Made by a program: the position numbers and the translations under genes. A stretch of DNA of 64,000 bases from Candidatus Bipolaricaulia bacterium (lineage in GTDB: Bacteria > Bipolaricaulota > Bipolaricaulia > JBHIAT01). Numbering within the stretch: position 1 is the stretch's first letter; each line of letters starts with the position of its first letter. The DNA is taken from the NCBI GenBank assembly GCA_046758705.1, contig JBHIAT010000002.1:639-64638 (forward strand), read 5' to 3'. This document shows, one piece after another, positions 48,055 to 58,386 of this stretch. The notes under the pieces are model-generated. The model made no database searches and was not told the origin of the DNA. It was given only the letters and a program-made list of their open reading frames with translations.

Positions 48055-49017
48055 ATGGAGAAGATAACAGAAACGCAAACCGAAGGAGATGGGGTCGCAC
48101 ACACCCAGGCCCAAGTTCAGGCTCAGGCGTTGCGACCCAGGACGACCGTCACGTTTGACCAGGACTCGCTCCTCAAAGAGAAGCGAAAGGAGCGCGCATT
48201 AAGGACCTCGATTTACACCTTCCTGATCGTCGCCGCTCTGCCGATCTTCCTCGGCTACGCCTGGATCTTCATCGCCTCATTCAGCAAAGGACTGACCTGG
48301 GGGATCATTCCAAATGGCCTTACGATAGAGAACTGGCGCTTCCTCTGGAAGCCGCCGACTCAGGCCATGCCGATCGTATGGCCGGTGTTCTGGAATACGA
48401 TGTACCTTGGCCTGGGAACGGCGCTGGTGACCGTGTTGCTCTCCACCCCGACCGGTTATGCCATCTCCCGACTAAAGGTTCCCGGCAGGAAGCTATTTTT
48501 GGGGTTGACGCTGATCCTCCACGCGTTCCCAGGGATCAGTCTGCTAATCGCATTGTTTTGGGTGCTCCAGAGGCTTCACATGCTGAATTCGGTGACCGGT
48601 GTGATCCTGGTCAATGCGGGGTTGATGGCTCCGTTTGCCATCTGGGTGATGAAGGGATTCTTCGACGGCATCCCCTGGGATGTCGAGATGTCGGCGCTCG
48701 TCGATGGAGCCACCCGATTCCAGACGTGGTACAGGGTGATGCTCCCCCAAGTCCGCCCCGGCATCTTCGCCATCTCGATCTTCGCGTTCATTGCGGGCTG
48801 GTCCACGTTCATCTATGTGCTCGTCTTCATCCTGAAAAAGCAGGGTTGGACCCTCTCCTCTTATGTGTTCGCCGTCCTCGGGAACTTCCGGTTCGTCGAT
48901 TTCGGGTTGCTTGCAGCAACAGCGGTCTTCTACGTCATCCCCGTGCTGCTCTTCTTCCTGTTCACCAACAAATACCTGATGAAGGTGACCGTCGGTGGCA
49001 TGAAGGGAGGCGGATAG
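48055..49017 (+). CDS. ABC permease (UgpE/MalG-like)
   Basis: EAA loop 'SALVDGATRFQTWYRVMLP'. Confidence 0.85.
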   Translation: MEKITETQTEGDGVAHTQAQVQAQALRPRTTVTFDQDSLLKEKRKERALRTSIYTFLIVAALPIFLGYAWIFIASFSKGLTWGIIPNGLTIENWRFLWKPPTQAMPIVWPVFWNTMYLGLGTALVTVLLSTPTGYAISRLKVPGRKLFLGLTLILHAFPGISLLIALFWVLQRLHMLNSVTGVILVNAGLMAPFAIWVMKGFFDGIPWDVEMSALVDGATRFQTWYRVMLPQVRPGIFAISIFAFIAGWSTFIYVLVFILKKQGWTLSSYVFAVLGNFRFVDFGLLAATAVFYVIPVLLFFLFTNKYLMKVTVGGMKGGG

Positions 49018-49021
49018 AGAC

Positions 49022-50119
49022 GTGGCCTCGGTTACACTAGAGCATATCACCAAGAAGTTCGGCACCGTGGTCGCCGTCAACGATCTCAACCTGGAGATCG
49101 AGAATGGAGAGTTCATCGCACTGCTTGGACCATCGGGTTGTGGCAAGACGACGACGTTATTGATGCTCGCTGGGATCTATCAGCCAACCGAGGGCAGTAT
49201 CTACTTCGATAAAACCGTGATAAACGATGTCGCTCCTAAGCACCGCTACATCGGATTGGTGTTCCAGAGCTACGCCCTCTACCCCCATATGAGCGTCTAT
49301 AATAACATCGCCTTCCCATTGAAACTGAGCCGGACGGACAAATCTGAGACCCGCCAACGAGTCGCCGAGGTCGCCAAACTCGTCCGGATCGAGGAGTTGA
49401 TGGACCGGAGGCCAGGCCAACTCTCCGGAGGCCAACAGCAGCGGGTCGCTCTGTGTCGGGCACTGGTCAAGGAGCCACAACTCCTGTTGCTCGATGAACC
49501 GTTGTCAAACCTCGACGCCCGGCTGCGCATCGAGACCCGGGCCGAGATCAAGCGGCTGCAGAAAGAACTTGACATCACGTCCATCCTGGTCACCCACGAC
49601 CAGGTCGAGGCGATGACGATGGCCAATCGAGTGGCGGTCATGGACGAAGGTGTTCTGCACCAATACACCACCCCTGAAGATCTGTACTCCCATCCGAAGA
49701 ATCTGTTCGTGGCATCGTTTATCGGGGATCCGCCGATGAACCTGGCCGATGTGACTTACCACGTCGAAGATGGGAAATTTCAGCTGGAGAGCGAGAACTT
49801 TTCGCTGGCCATTTCCAAACAGATCGCCGACCGGATCGAGGAACGCGGCTCGCGGGAACTGGTGCTTGGGATCCGGCCTGACGATATCGCCTTGGAACGG
49901 AAGGATCAGGACGGTGACGGCAGCTTCCCGGGAGAGGTCTACGTGACGGAGCCGCTTGGCGGCGGGACGCTCGTCGACTTCAAGTTTGGGGATCTGTCAA
50001 TGCGGGCACTGGTGGAGCAAAATTATCCGGCCGAGATCGGAGATCGTCTGTGGCTCGTCCCTCAGTTAGAGAGGATCCACCTGTTCGATCGTCAGACGGG
50101 CGAATCGGTGCTAAGCTGA
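49022..50119 (+). CDS. ABC ATPase with a C-terminal TOBE domain (UgpC/MalK-like)
   Basis: Walker A 'GPSGCGKTT', LSGGQ, 365 aa. Confidence 0.9.
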   Translation: MASVTLEHITKKFGTVVAVNDLNLEIENGEFIALLGPSGCGKTTTLLMLAGIYQPTEGSIYFDKTVINDVAPKHRYIGLVFQSYALYPHMSVYNNIAFPLKLSRTDKSETRQRVAEVAKLVRIEELMDRRPGQLSGGQQQRVALCRALVKEPQLLLLDEPLSNLDARLRIETRAEIKRLQKELDITSILVTHDQVEAMTMANRVAVMDEGVLHQYTTPEDLYSHPKNLFVASFIGDPPMNLADVTYHVEDGKFQLESENFSLAISKQIADRIEERGSRELVLGIRPDDIALERKDQDGDGSFPGEVYVTEPLGGGTLVDFKFGDLSMRALVEQNYPAEIGDRLWLVPQLERIHLFDRQTGESVLS

Positions 50120-50132
50120 ACAATAACCTCCC

Positions 50133-50882
50133 TTGAGCAATACCAGCGAACACAATATCAAGGTTATCGCCCACCGAGGCGCCAGTGGTCATGCTCCTGA
50201 GAACACCGCCACTGCGCTGAGTCAGGCAATCGCATTCGGCGCCGACATAGTGGAGATTGATATCCACCCCACCCGAGACGGCCATTGGGTACTCCTCCAC
50301 GATCCGACGCTCAATCGCACCACCAACGGATCCGGCGAAGTTCGCGACGCCACCCTGGAGGAGATCGAACGACTTGATGCCGGCAGCTGGTTCGATGCGA
50401 GCTTTCGTGGAGAGAAGCTCCTCACCCTGAAGCAGGCGATCGATACCATCCCCGACTCCATTGAACTGATCGTCGATATCAAGGCGACTCTTCCAGAGGA
50501 TACAGCCCTTCAGGGGTTATTGAGACTTCTGGACCAACGACAACGACTTGCCACGACCCTGCTGGCATCCCCCGATGAACGGGTGCACGAGCGTCTCAAG
50601 CGTCTGGATCGCTCGGTTCAACTCAGCTTAAGCGACCCGGATCTCAACCGACCCAACGTCTGGGAGAAGGTTGAGCGCTTGGAACCTAAGGTCATCAGTC
50701 TTCACTGGACGGTGGCCAACCACCATGCAGTGACGCAGATCCACCGACACGGGATCGCAGTGATCACCTGGACGGTCAACGAACCAGATCGGATGGAGCA
50801 CATGATCGAACTGGGTGTGGACGGCATCACCACCGACTTCCCCGACCGGTTGATGACCGTTCTTGGGCGACGTGCACACTAA
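50133..50882 (+). CDS. ugpQ: Glycerophosphodiester phosphodiesterase
   Basis: 'IAHRGASGHAPENT' with 'E.D' GDPD catalytic motifs. Confidence 0.85.
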   Translation: MSNTSEHNIKVIAHRGASGHAPENTATALSQAIAFGADIVEIDIHPTRDGHWVLLHDPTLNRTTNGSGEVRDATLEEIERLDAGSWFDASFRGEKLLTLKQAIDTIPDSIELIVDIKATLPEDTALQGLLRLLDQRQRLATTLLASPDERVHERLKRLDRSVQLSLSDPDLNRPNVWEKVERLEPKVISLHWTVANHHAVTQIHRHGIAVITWTVNEPDRMEHMIELGVDGITTDFPDRLMTVLGRRAH

Positions 50883-51159
50883 GCGCCCTCACTCCCCGGA
50901 AATAAGAACGGACCGATGAAAAAACCTCCCCGCCCCATCCTATTCGTTGCGGTGGCTACGGCATTATCTCTGTATCTTTCTGCTGGGTGGAGCGTTGTAC
51001 GGGATCGGAGCGCTGTTATCGCTCAGAAAACCGAAATTTGACACCCTCCACTGACCCTCCTTAAAATTGAACACCGGCAGATTGTAGTACAGGAGGTGAT
51101 ATCATGTAGGAGTATTCTCCTCATATCAATCGCTCAAATCAAAAAAGGAGGGAAACAGG

Positions 51160-52188
51160 ATGAGAGCGTTACGGCTGATGGTTGTTTTGGCGTTGATGGT
51201 CGCGGTGTTCACCGGCCCTGCCTGGGCGCAAAAGCAAGAGCTGCACATGTATACGGCTTTCGATGTGGACGAGTCGCGAATCTACATCAACGCTTTCATG
51301 GAAGCGTACCCTGATATCGAGGTCAAATGGGTACGGATGTCTTCCGGCGAGGTTCTGGCCCGAGTCAGGGCTGAGGCCAGAAACCCACAAGCGAGCATCT
51401 GGTTCGCGGGTCCCAGCACCTCCCATATCGCCGCAGCTCAAGATGGCCTGCTGTTACCTTATTGCTCCGTGGCCTGGCAGTACCTGTCTGCGGCGTTCAA
51501 AGATCCGGAGTGTCGTTGGACCGGTTTTTACACCGGGTTCATCGGTTTTGCCTCTAACAAAAACTTCCTGGAAGAACACAACCTCGAACCGCCCACCTCG
51601 TGGTTTGACCTGCTGAGACCGGAGTACAAGAACGAGATCTCCAAAGCGTTTCCTTACACATCGGGCACCGCCTACACCACGTTGATCTCCCAGCTCCAGG
51701 CGATCGGTCCCGAAAAGCAGGGTTGGGACACGGACAGTGAAAGGTACATCGAGCAGCTGAGCCAGCAGATGCACCACTACACCCGATCCGGTTCGGCGTG
51801 CGTGACCGAAACGGGATTGGGTGAGGTCGGGGCCTGCATCGCTTTCTCCCATGACGTCCTGGCAAAGGGTGTCTCCAAAGGGTATCCGGTCGTGCTGAGC
51901 TTCCCTAAGGAAGGCACCGGCTTCGAAATCGGTGCCGTCTCGTTGATCAAAGGCGGGCCCGAACCGGAGCTGGCCAAGGTGTTCTACGATTGGCTCATGA
52001 CCGCTGAGGCCCAAAGCCTGTTCCAAAGATGGTTCAGAGTGCCTCTCAATCCCGAAGCGGAGCTGGCCGAGGGTCTGGTCAAGGCTGCGGATGTCGCGAT
52101 CATCGCAGGGTTCGGTGACCGAATCACATGGTACGGTCAGCGAAAGGACGCGATCATCGATAAATGGAGAGAAATTACGGGCCGTTAA
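51160..52188 (+). CDS. Fe(3+)-type (FbpA/PotD-superfamily) ABC substrate-binding protein
   Basis: Signal peptide and 'MSSGEVLARVRAE' motif. Confidence 0.7.
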   Translation: MRALRLMVVLALMVAVFTGPAWAQKQELHMYTAFDVDESRIYINAFMEAYPDIEVKWVRMSSGEVLARVRAEARNPQASIWFAGPSTSHIAAAQDGLLLPYCSVAWQYLSAAFKDPECRWTGFYTGFIGFASNKNFLEEHNLEPPTSWFDLLRPEYKNEISKAFPYTSGTAYTTLISQLQAIGPEKQGWDTDSERYIEQLSQQMHHYTRSGSACVTETGLGEVGACIAFSHDVLAKGVSKGYPVVLSFPKEGTGFEIGAVSLIKGGPEPELAKVFYDWLMTAEAQSLFQRWFRVPLNPEAELAEGLVKAADVAIIAGFGDRITWYGQRKDAIIDKWREITGR

Positions 52189-52263
52189 CGACGGAGAACC
52201 AGAGGACGAACCAGAGAGGGGGAAGCCCGTTTCCCCCTCTCTGATCGCTTTTATAGTGCAAGC

Positions 52264-53952
52264 ATGCTGAAACCCGGGATCTACCTCAGGGAAACCAAGA
52301 ACGAAGTGAAGCGGTTGCTCAAAGATCCGGTTCTGCTCATCACGGTCGTCTTCGTCTTGGGATTGTTAGGTGTTTTCATTATATTCCCGCTATGGAAGGT
52401 TGCTCAATTCAGCCTCTGGTCAACCGGTGAGTTCTCTCCCAAATACTTTTTAGAGTTCTTTCAACGGTCATACCGATGGACAGCCTTATTCCATAGCTTA
52501 ACGGTCGGGGCTTTGGTGGCAATCTTTGGGACGATCGTCGCATTTATCTACGCATACGGGATTACGCGCACCGATATCCCGTTTAAACGGGCGTTCAGAA
52601 TCATCGCCATCGTTCCCATCATCTCCCCACCCATGCTCATCGCCCTGGCCGCCATCCTGCTGTTCGGCAATCATGGGATCGTCACCGAGTTTTTCAACTG
52701 GGACTGGGATATATACGGTTTACCCGGTCTGGTGTTGACCGAAACCCTGGCCTACTTCCCGATTGCGTTCATGGTGCTTGAAGGGGTGCTTTCGAAGGTC
52801 GATCCCGCGATCGAAGAGTCGGCCCTGAACCTCGGTGCTTCCAAACTGAGAACCTTTCTGACGGTGACCCTGCCGTTGGCCACCCCGGGGATCGCCACCG
52901 CGTTGCTGTTGACCTTCATTCGCTCGCTGGAGGACTTTGGCAACCCGATCGTGATTCAGGGTAATTATACGGTGTTGACCGTCGAAGCCTACCTGGCGGT
53001 AACCGGAATGTACAACATGCCGTTAGGCGCTACATTGGCAATCTTCCTGTTGGTGCCGACGCTGATGATCTTTGTCGTGCAGAAGTATTGGCTGTCGAGA
53101 AAGTCCTACGTGACGGTGACCGGTCGGCTCTCAGGCGCGGGACTGAAGAGCACCGAAAGGCACGTCAAATATCCGTTGCTGGCCGCCATGATCTTCCTCA
53201 GCCTGTTCGTCCTGCTGTTCTACGGCGTGGTCCTGTTCGGCTCGTTTACCCGACTCTGGGGCGTCGATAACTCGTTGACCCTGGATAACTACCGATATGT
53301 CTTCGATGTCGGCAGCCAATACATCAGCGATACGGTGAGTATCGCGTTGATCGCCACGCCGGTCGGTGGCATCCTGGCCATGATCATCGCCTATTTGGTG
53401 GCCCGAAAGAAGTTTTTAGGGAAAGGGGTCATGGACTTCACCTCGATGCTGAACTTCGCCGTGCCGGGCGTCGTGGTGGGCATCGCCTATATCCTGGCGT
53501 TTAACACGCGTCCGTTGGAACTGACGGGGGGGGCGTTGATCATCATCCTCGTCTTTGTCTTCAGGAGAATGCCGGTCGGCGTTCGGGATGGAGTCGCCCA
53601 GCTGCAACAGATCGATCCGGCCATCGAGGAGGCCTCCTCCAACCTGGGAGCCGGTTTGTTCAGAACCTTCGGCAGGGTCACCCTGCCGTTGATCGCCCCG
53701 GCGTTTCTCACCGGCATGGTCTACATGTTCGTCAGGAGCATGACGGCCATCAGTGCGGTGATATTCGTGACTTCGGCCGATTGGCAGCCCCTGACCGTGG
53801 CTCTGCTTCAAGAGCTGGATAATGCGGATCTCGCACAAGGGGCCGCCTATGGGTATGTGATTATCGGTATCGTGTTGATTGCGGTGGCGGGGCTGAGGTT
53901 GATCTTGAGGCTCGTGTTTGGCCAACAGGTGGCGCTATTCCGTCACAGGTAG
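52264..53952 (+). CDS. Two-domain (12-TM) ABC permease, FbpB/ThiP-like
   Basis: Duplicated permease halves, each with an EAA loop ('IEESALNLGASKLRTFLTV' and 'IEEASSNLGAGLFRTFGRV'). Confidence 0.8.
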   Translation: MLKPGIYLRETKNEVKRLLKDPVLLITVVFVLGLLGVFIIFPLWKVAQFSLWSTGEFSPKYFLEFFQRSYRWTALFHSLTVGALVAIFGTIVAFIYAYGITRTDIPFKRAFRIIAIVPIISPPMLIALAAILLFGNHGIVTEFFNWDWDIYGLPGLVLTETLAYFPIAFMVLEGVLSKVDPAIEESALNLGASKLRTFLTVTLPLATPGIATALLLTFIRSLEDFGNPIVIQGNYTVLTVEAYLAVTGMYNMPLGATLAIFLLVPTLMIFVVQKYWLSRKSYVTVTGRLSGAGLKSTERHVKYPLLAAMIFLSLFVLLFYGVVLFGSFTRLWGVDNSLTLDNYRYVFDVGSQYISDTVSIALIATPVGGILAMIIAYLVARKKFLGKGVMDFTSMLNFAVPGVVVGIAYILAFNTRPLELTGGALIIILVFVFRRMPVGVRDGVAQLQQIDPAIEEASSNLGAGLFRTFGRVTLPLIAPAFLTGMVYMFVRSMTAISAVIFVTSADWQPLTVALLQELDNADLAQGAAYGYVIIGIVLIAVAGLRLILRLVFGQQVALFRHR

Positions 53953-53972
53953 CGAGGGAGGAGCGGAAGCCG

Positions 53973-55088
53973 ATGGCGGAAGCCGAGGTCGTCTTTAAGA
54001 ACGTAACCAAGATCTTCAGCGAAGGAACCGACAGGGCGGTCTATGCGGTCGATCATGTGTCGATGGAGGTGGAGCAGGGCCTGTTGGTCACCCTGTTAGG
54101 TCCATCCGGCTGTGGAAAGACAACCAGCTTAAGAATCATCGCCGGATTTGAGTATCCGACCTCCGGAGATGTCTACCTGAGAGGCCGACGGATCAACGAT
54201 GTGCCTCCTCAGAAACGCGATACGGCCATGGTGTTTCAGAGCTACGGTCTGTTTCCCCACATGACCGTGCTCCAAAACGTCGCCTACGGGTTGAAGGTGA
54301 AACGAGTTCCCCGTCAACAGATAAAGAATCGGGTGGCTGAGGCGCTCAGTTTGGTCGGTCTCCAGGGTCTGGAAGACCGGTCCACGGGACAGCTATCCGG
54401 GGGACAGCAGCAACGGGTCGCCTTGTGCCGGGCGCTGGTCACCGAACCCAAGGTGTTGCTCTTTGATGAACCCCTCTCCAACCTGGACGCCAAACTGCGC
54501 AAGGGCACCAGAGAGCAGATTCGCAACCTGCAACAGGAACTCGGCATCACCAGCGTCTACGTGACCCACGATCAGGCGGAAGCGATGAGCATCTCCGATA
54601 AGATCGTCGTCATGAATGAGGGAAGGATCGAGCAGATTGGAGTGCCGGGCGAAATCTATGAGCATCCCCGCAGCCGATTCGTGGCCGACTTTATCGGAGA
54701 GGCAAATTTCCATACGGGAAGGGTCGTAGCAATTCAGGGTCAGCAAATCACGGTGGACCTGTTTGGCAAACCGATCACGGTTGAACAGGAGCAGGATGGC
54801 GACTTCCAGTTCCAAACCGGCGATGAAGTGGAAGCGGTCGTCAGACCGGAAGCGATTGATTTGGTGGCGGTCGATGCCGGGGATGTAAACGGGAAGATAG
54901 ACTTCTGCCATTATACGGGTTCTATCGCGAGCTACGAACTGAAGCTGGAGAACGGCGAGGAGATGGAGGTAGAGGTGGCCAATCCGCAAGAGCGGGGGCT
55001 GTTAACGGAAGGCGCACGGGTTGGCATCAATCTGCACAAACATAGCATCCATCTACTCAAAACTCAGGAAGATGCTTCACCGGGGTGA
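53973..55088 (+). CDS. ABC ATPase with a C-terminal TOBE-like domain (FbpC/PotA-like)
   Basis: Walker A 'GPSGCGKTT', LSGGQ. Confidence 0.9.
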   Translation: MAEAEVVFKNVTKIFSEGTDRAVYAVDHVSMEVEQGLLVTLLGPSGCGKTTSLRIIAGFEYPTSGDVYLRGRRINDVPPQKRDTAMVFQSYGLFPHMTVLQNVAYGLKVKRVPRQQIKNRVAEALSLVGLQGLEDRSTGQLSGGQQQRVALCRALVTEPKVLLFDEPLSNLDAKLRKGTREQIRNLQQELGITSVYVTHDQAEAMSISDKIVVMNEGRIEQIGVPGEIYEHPRSRFVADFIGEANFHTGRVVAIQGQQITVDLFGKPITVEQEQDGDFQFQTGDEVEAVVRPEAIDLVAVDAGDVNGKIDFCHYTGSIASYELKLENGEEMEVEVANPQERGLLTEGARVGINLHKHSIHLLKTQEDASPG

Positions 55089-55176
55089 CGTGGTCCCGGT
55101 CGGTTGGGGCGGCTGATGGATGCGGTGTTCGTCGATTTCAATCGGGACTTCTTCGGAGCCAGGGGCTTTCTCTTTA

Positions 55177-56319
55177 TCACTCGTCAGCGATCGCTGCTAC
55201 GACACCGTTATGAACGAGTGCCCTGACCCGTTGAATCTCTTCCTGTCCACGCTCCCGCTGGGGATGGACGCGGTTTGTCAACAGCACCACGATCAGCTCA
55301 TAGACGGGATCGATCCAAACCGAGGTGCCGGTGAAGCCCGTATGCCCGAAGGCTCGGCTTGACATCAGATCACCCGCCGCCGATGTGCCCGGTCCTTGGA
55401 TCATCCATCCCAGACCGCGCCGCTCGTTCAGACCCTCCGTTTGTGGCGAGGTCATCAAGTCAATCGCGCTGGGGGACAGGATCCTTCGCCCGTTGGCGTA
55501 TCCCCGATTCAGGAGCATATGGGCGAACCGGGCCAAGTCCCAGGTCGTCGAGAACAAACCCGCATGGCCAGCAACTCCCCCCATGGCCCAGGCGTTCTCA
55601 TCGTGGACGACACCGACCAATACCCCTCCCCGATCAGGGTCCTCCTCGGTGGCCGCTATCCGCGCCTCCAACGCCTCAGGGGGGTTGAACATCGTATCTG
55701 ACATCCCCAGCGGGGTGAAGATCCATTCGTCGGCGATGATATCTAAGGTCTTCCCTGAAACCGCCTCGATCGCCTTTCCCAAAAGGATATAGCCCAGATC
55801 ACTATAGATCACCCGTTCACCCGGTCTGTGGAGCAGGGACGTGACCGGCCAGTTGTCGGTGAACAGTTCGCTGTATGCCTGATCTCGTCCTGGCCCCCGA
55901 TAGAACAGATTTGCCCAGGCGGGAAGGCCGGAGGTGTGAGTTAAAAGGTGCCAAAGCGTGATCTGCGGTTTTCCTCCCCCTTCAAACTGAGGAAGAAATC
56001 TGTCGATCGGGTCATTCAGCTGCCAAAGACCGCGCTCCACCAGCATTAAACTCAACGGCACGGTGACGATCACCTTGGTCAGCGAGGCAAGGTCGAACAG
56101 GGTCGATGGTGCCATCTCTCGTGGCTGAGGTGTCTCCATCGCCATCCCATAGTCGGTATGCCTGACCACCTTTCCGTTGCGGGCGACCAACACCACCGCG
56201 CCGGGAAACGTACCCCGGGCCAACGCCCCGTTGATCACATCGTCAATGACTTTGAAGTGTTCCGGATCGAACCCCACATCCTCAGGGCTACCGGTCGCTA
56301 ATTCCTGCCCCTGCATCAT
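55177..56319 (-). CDS. Beta-lactamase/transpeptidase-fold serine hydrolase (class C / AmpH/EstB-like)
   Basis: S-x-x-K 'SLTK' and 'HTG'-like 'FGHTGFTG' motifs. Confidence 0.8.
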   Translation of the reverse strand: MMQGQELATGSPEDVGFDPEHFKVIDDVINGALARGTFPGAVVLVARNGKVVRHTDYGMAMETPQPREMAPSTLFDLASLTKVIVTVPLSLMLVERGLWQLNDPIDRFLPQFEGGGKPQITLWHLLTHTSGLPAWANLFYRGPGRDQAYSELFTDNWPVTSLLHRPGERVIYSDLGYILLGKAIEAVSGKTLDIIADEWIFTPLGMSDTMFNPPEALEARIAATEEDPDRGGVLVGVVHDENAWAMGGVAGHAGLFSTTWDLARFAHMLLNRGYANGRRILSPSAIDLMTSPQTEGLNERRGLGWMIQGPGTSAAGDLMSSRAFGHTGFTGTSVWIDPVYELIVVLLTNRVHPQRERGQEEIQRVRALVHNGVVAAIADE

Positions 56320-57494
56320 CGTTCTCCTGACTTACCCCAGGCGATCTTGCCCATGACCACCGGATGCTTCGCTCCCGTGGCGGCCGGCACGTTGTTGGTC
56401 CGTCGCCGGATCGTCTGATACGCCAACAGTCCGAAACCGATCGCCTCTTTGGCCTCCACCGGGATGCCATAGGCCTCGGTCGTCGTGACCTGAATCCCGC
56501 TCAGACTCAGCTTCTCGTCGAGCATACGCAGCAGGGTTCGGTTATACGCCCCGCCTCCGCTCACGATCAGTTCATCGATCTTTCCCAGGAACCGCCTGCA
56601 GTTCTCTGCGATCGCTTCCACCGTGAACGCGGTCACCGTCGCGACCCGGTCTTCCGCGCTTAAGTTGAGATCATGCGCTTTGGCCATGACTTCGGTGAGA
56701 AACGCCTCCCCGAACGCTTCTCTTCCGGTGCTCTTAGGAGGTTCTCTGCTGATAAATGGATGGTGCAACAGTTCCTGCAGGAGCGGTGGGCTCACCCTCC
56801 CTTGAGCGGCCATCCGGCCGTCCTGATCGTAAGCCCGCGGATCGCCGGTGATTTGGCGCATCATCCCGTCGATCACCATGTTGCCCGGTCCGGTATCGAA
56901 GGCGATGATCTGGTTCAGCTCGGCTCCAGCCGGTAGATAGGTGACGTTGGCAATGCCTCCCAAGTTGAGCGCAACCCGATGTTGCTCCGGGCTGTACAAC
57001 AGGTGGTAATCGACGTAGGGGATGAACGGGGCACCTTCCCCTCCGGCGGCCAGATCTTTGGGGCGAAAATCTCCCACGGTGGTGATCCCGGTGTGTGCTG
57101 CGATCATATCGATCTCCCCGATCTGCAGGGTGGAAGGCGCCGAAAATCGAAAACCCTCAAGACCGTGGGGAAGGTGACAGATCGTCTGTCCATGGCTGCC
57201 GATGAGCTCAATCTCCGTTTTGCCCGCTTTGGCGATCACCGTTAACGCCGCTTGAGCGAACCGTTCACCTAGATAGAAGTTCATACTGCACAGCTCCCCG
57301 ACCGTACCCGATTCGGCCAGGGTCAGCAGCCTCTGTTTCAGCTCCGCCGGGAACGGGAAGGTTTCCCATTCGAGCGGCTTAACCTGGAGTTGAGGTCCCT
57401 GCTTCCCTGTCTGCCCTTCAATTTCTTCAATCTCGACCAGGGCGGCGGTGATCCCATCCATCGAGGTGCCGGACATCAGACCGATGACTCGCAT
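56316..57494 (-). CDS. anmK: Anhydro-N-acetylmuramic acid kinase
   Basis: 'VIGLMSGTSMDGI' N-terminal motif, 392 aa. Confidence 0.9.
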   Translation of the reverse strand: MRVIGLMSGTSMDGITAALVEIEEIEGQTGKQGPQLQVKPLEWETFPFPAELKQRLLTLAESGTVGELCSMNFYLGERFAQAALTVIAKAGKTEIELIGSHGQTICHLPHGLEGFRFSAPSTLQIGEIDMIAAHTGITTVGDFRPKDLAAGGEGAPFIPYVDYHLLYSPEQHRVALNLGGIANVTYLPAGAELNQIIAFDTGPGNMVIDGMMRQITGDPRAYDQDGRMAAQGRVSPPLLQELLHHPFISREPPKSTGREAFGEAFLTEVMAKAHDLNLSAEDRVATVTAFTVEAIAENCRRFLGKIDELIVSGGGAYNRTLLRMLDEKLSLSGIQVTTTEAYGIPVEAKEAIGFGLLAYQTIRRRTNNVPAATGAKHPVVMGKIAWGKSGER

Positions 57495-57495
57495 G

Positions 57496-58386
57496 TTATC
57501 CCTCTCGGTTCAACTGAGGATTCAGCAGTTCTTGAAGCGTATCCCCGAACAGGTTAAAGCCCAGCACGACCAGAGCGATCGCCATCCCGGGGAAGACCGT
57601 CCCCCATGGGCTGATTTCCAGATAGTTCCTTCCCTCGCTCACCATCAGCCCTAAGGAGGGTTGGGGGGGTTGCGTGCCCAACCCCAAGAAGCTCAACGAC
57701 GATTCGAAGATGATCGCGGTCGCCAGTGAGATCGTCGCTTGAATGAATACCGGAACCGCCACGTTCGGCAGGATATGTCGGGCGATGATTCTCCTATCGG
57801 ATGCACCCAGCGCCCGGGCGGCTTCGATGTAGGACTCCTGTTTCACCGCCAATGTAGGTCCCCGGGCGGTGCGGGAGAAGATCGGGGTATAGACGAGACC
57901 GATGGCCAGCAACGTGCTGATCGTTCCCGGTCCCAGAATGACCACGATCGTAATCGCTAAAAGCAGCACGGGGAAGGCGAACAGAATATCCATCGTCCTC
58001 ATGATCAGGGTCTCTAAGCGGCCGAAGTAGCCGGCCAGGACGCCCAAACTTCCCCCCAAGGCCACCGCCAGCGTGACCGATAGGAAGGCGATGTAGAGCG
58101 AGGTTCTGTAACCGTAGATGATCCGGCTTAGAATGTCTCGACCGAAGAAATCGGTGCCCAGCAGATATCTGCTGGTGGGCGCCGAGAATCGATCGATCGG
58201 ATGCATCGTGGTGGGATCGTAACGGGCCAGAACCGGGGCGAGCAGCGCGGTGATGACAATGGCCAGCAAAATGCTTACCCCGAGCAGACCCTTCTTGTTT
58301 CGGATCAGCGAGAACAGCCGACCCCGCTGGGGATCGCTGATCTTATCCGGGCTCCGAGCGGTCAAGCGGTTGGCTCGCTCACTCAT
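57496..58386 (-). CDS. Peptide-type ABC permease (DppC-like)
   Basis: Permease pattern with an EAA loop. Confidence 0.85.
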   Translation of the reverse strand: MSERANRLTARSPDKISDPQRGRLFSLIRNKKGLLGVSILLAIVITALLAPVLARYDPTTMHPIDRFSAPTSRYLLGTDFFGRDILSRIIYGYRTSLYIAFLSVTLAVALGGSLGVLAGYFGRLETLIMRTMDILFAFPVLLLAITIVVILGPGTISTLLAIGLVYTPIFSRTARGPTLAVKQESYIEAARALGASDRRIIARHILPNVAVPVFIQATISLATAIIFESSLSFLGLGTQPPQPSLGLMVSEGRNYLEISPWGTVFPGMAIALVVLGFNLFGDTLQELLNPQLNREG

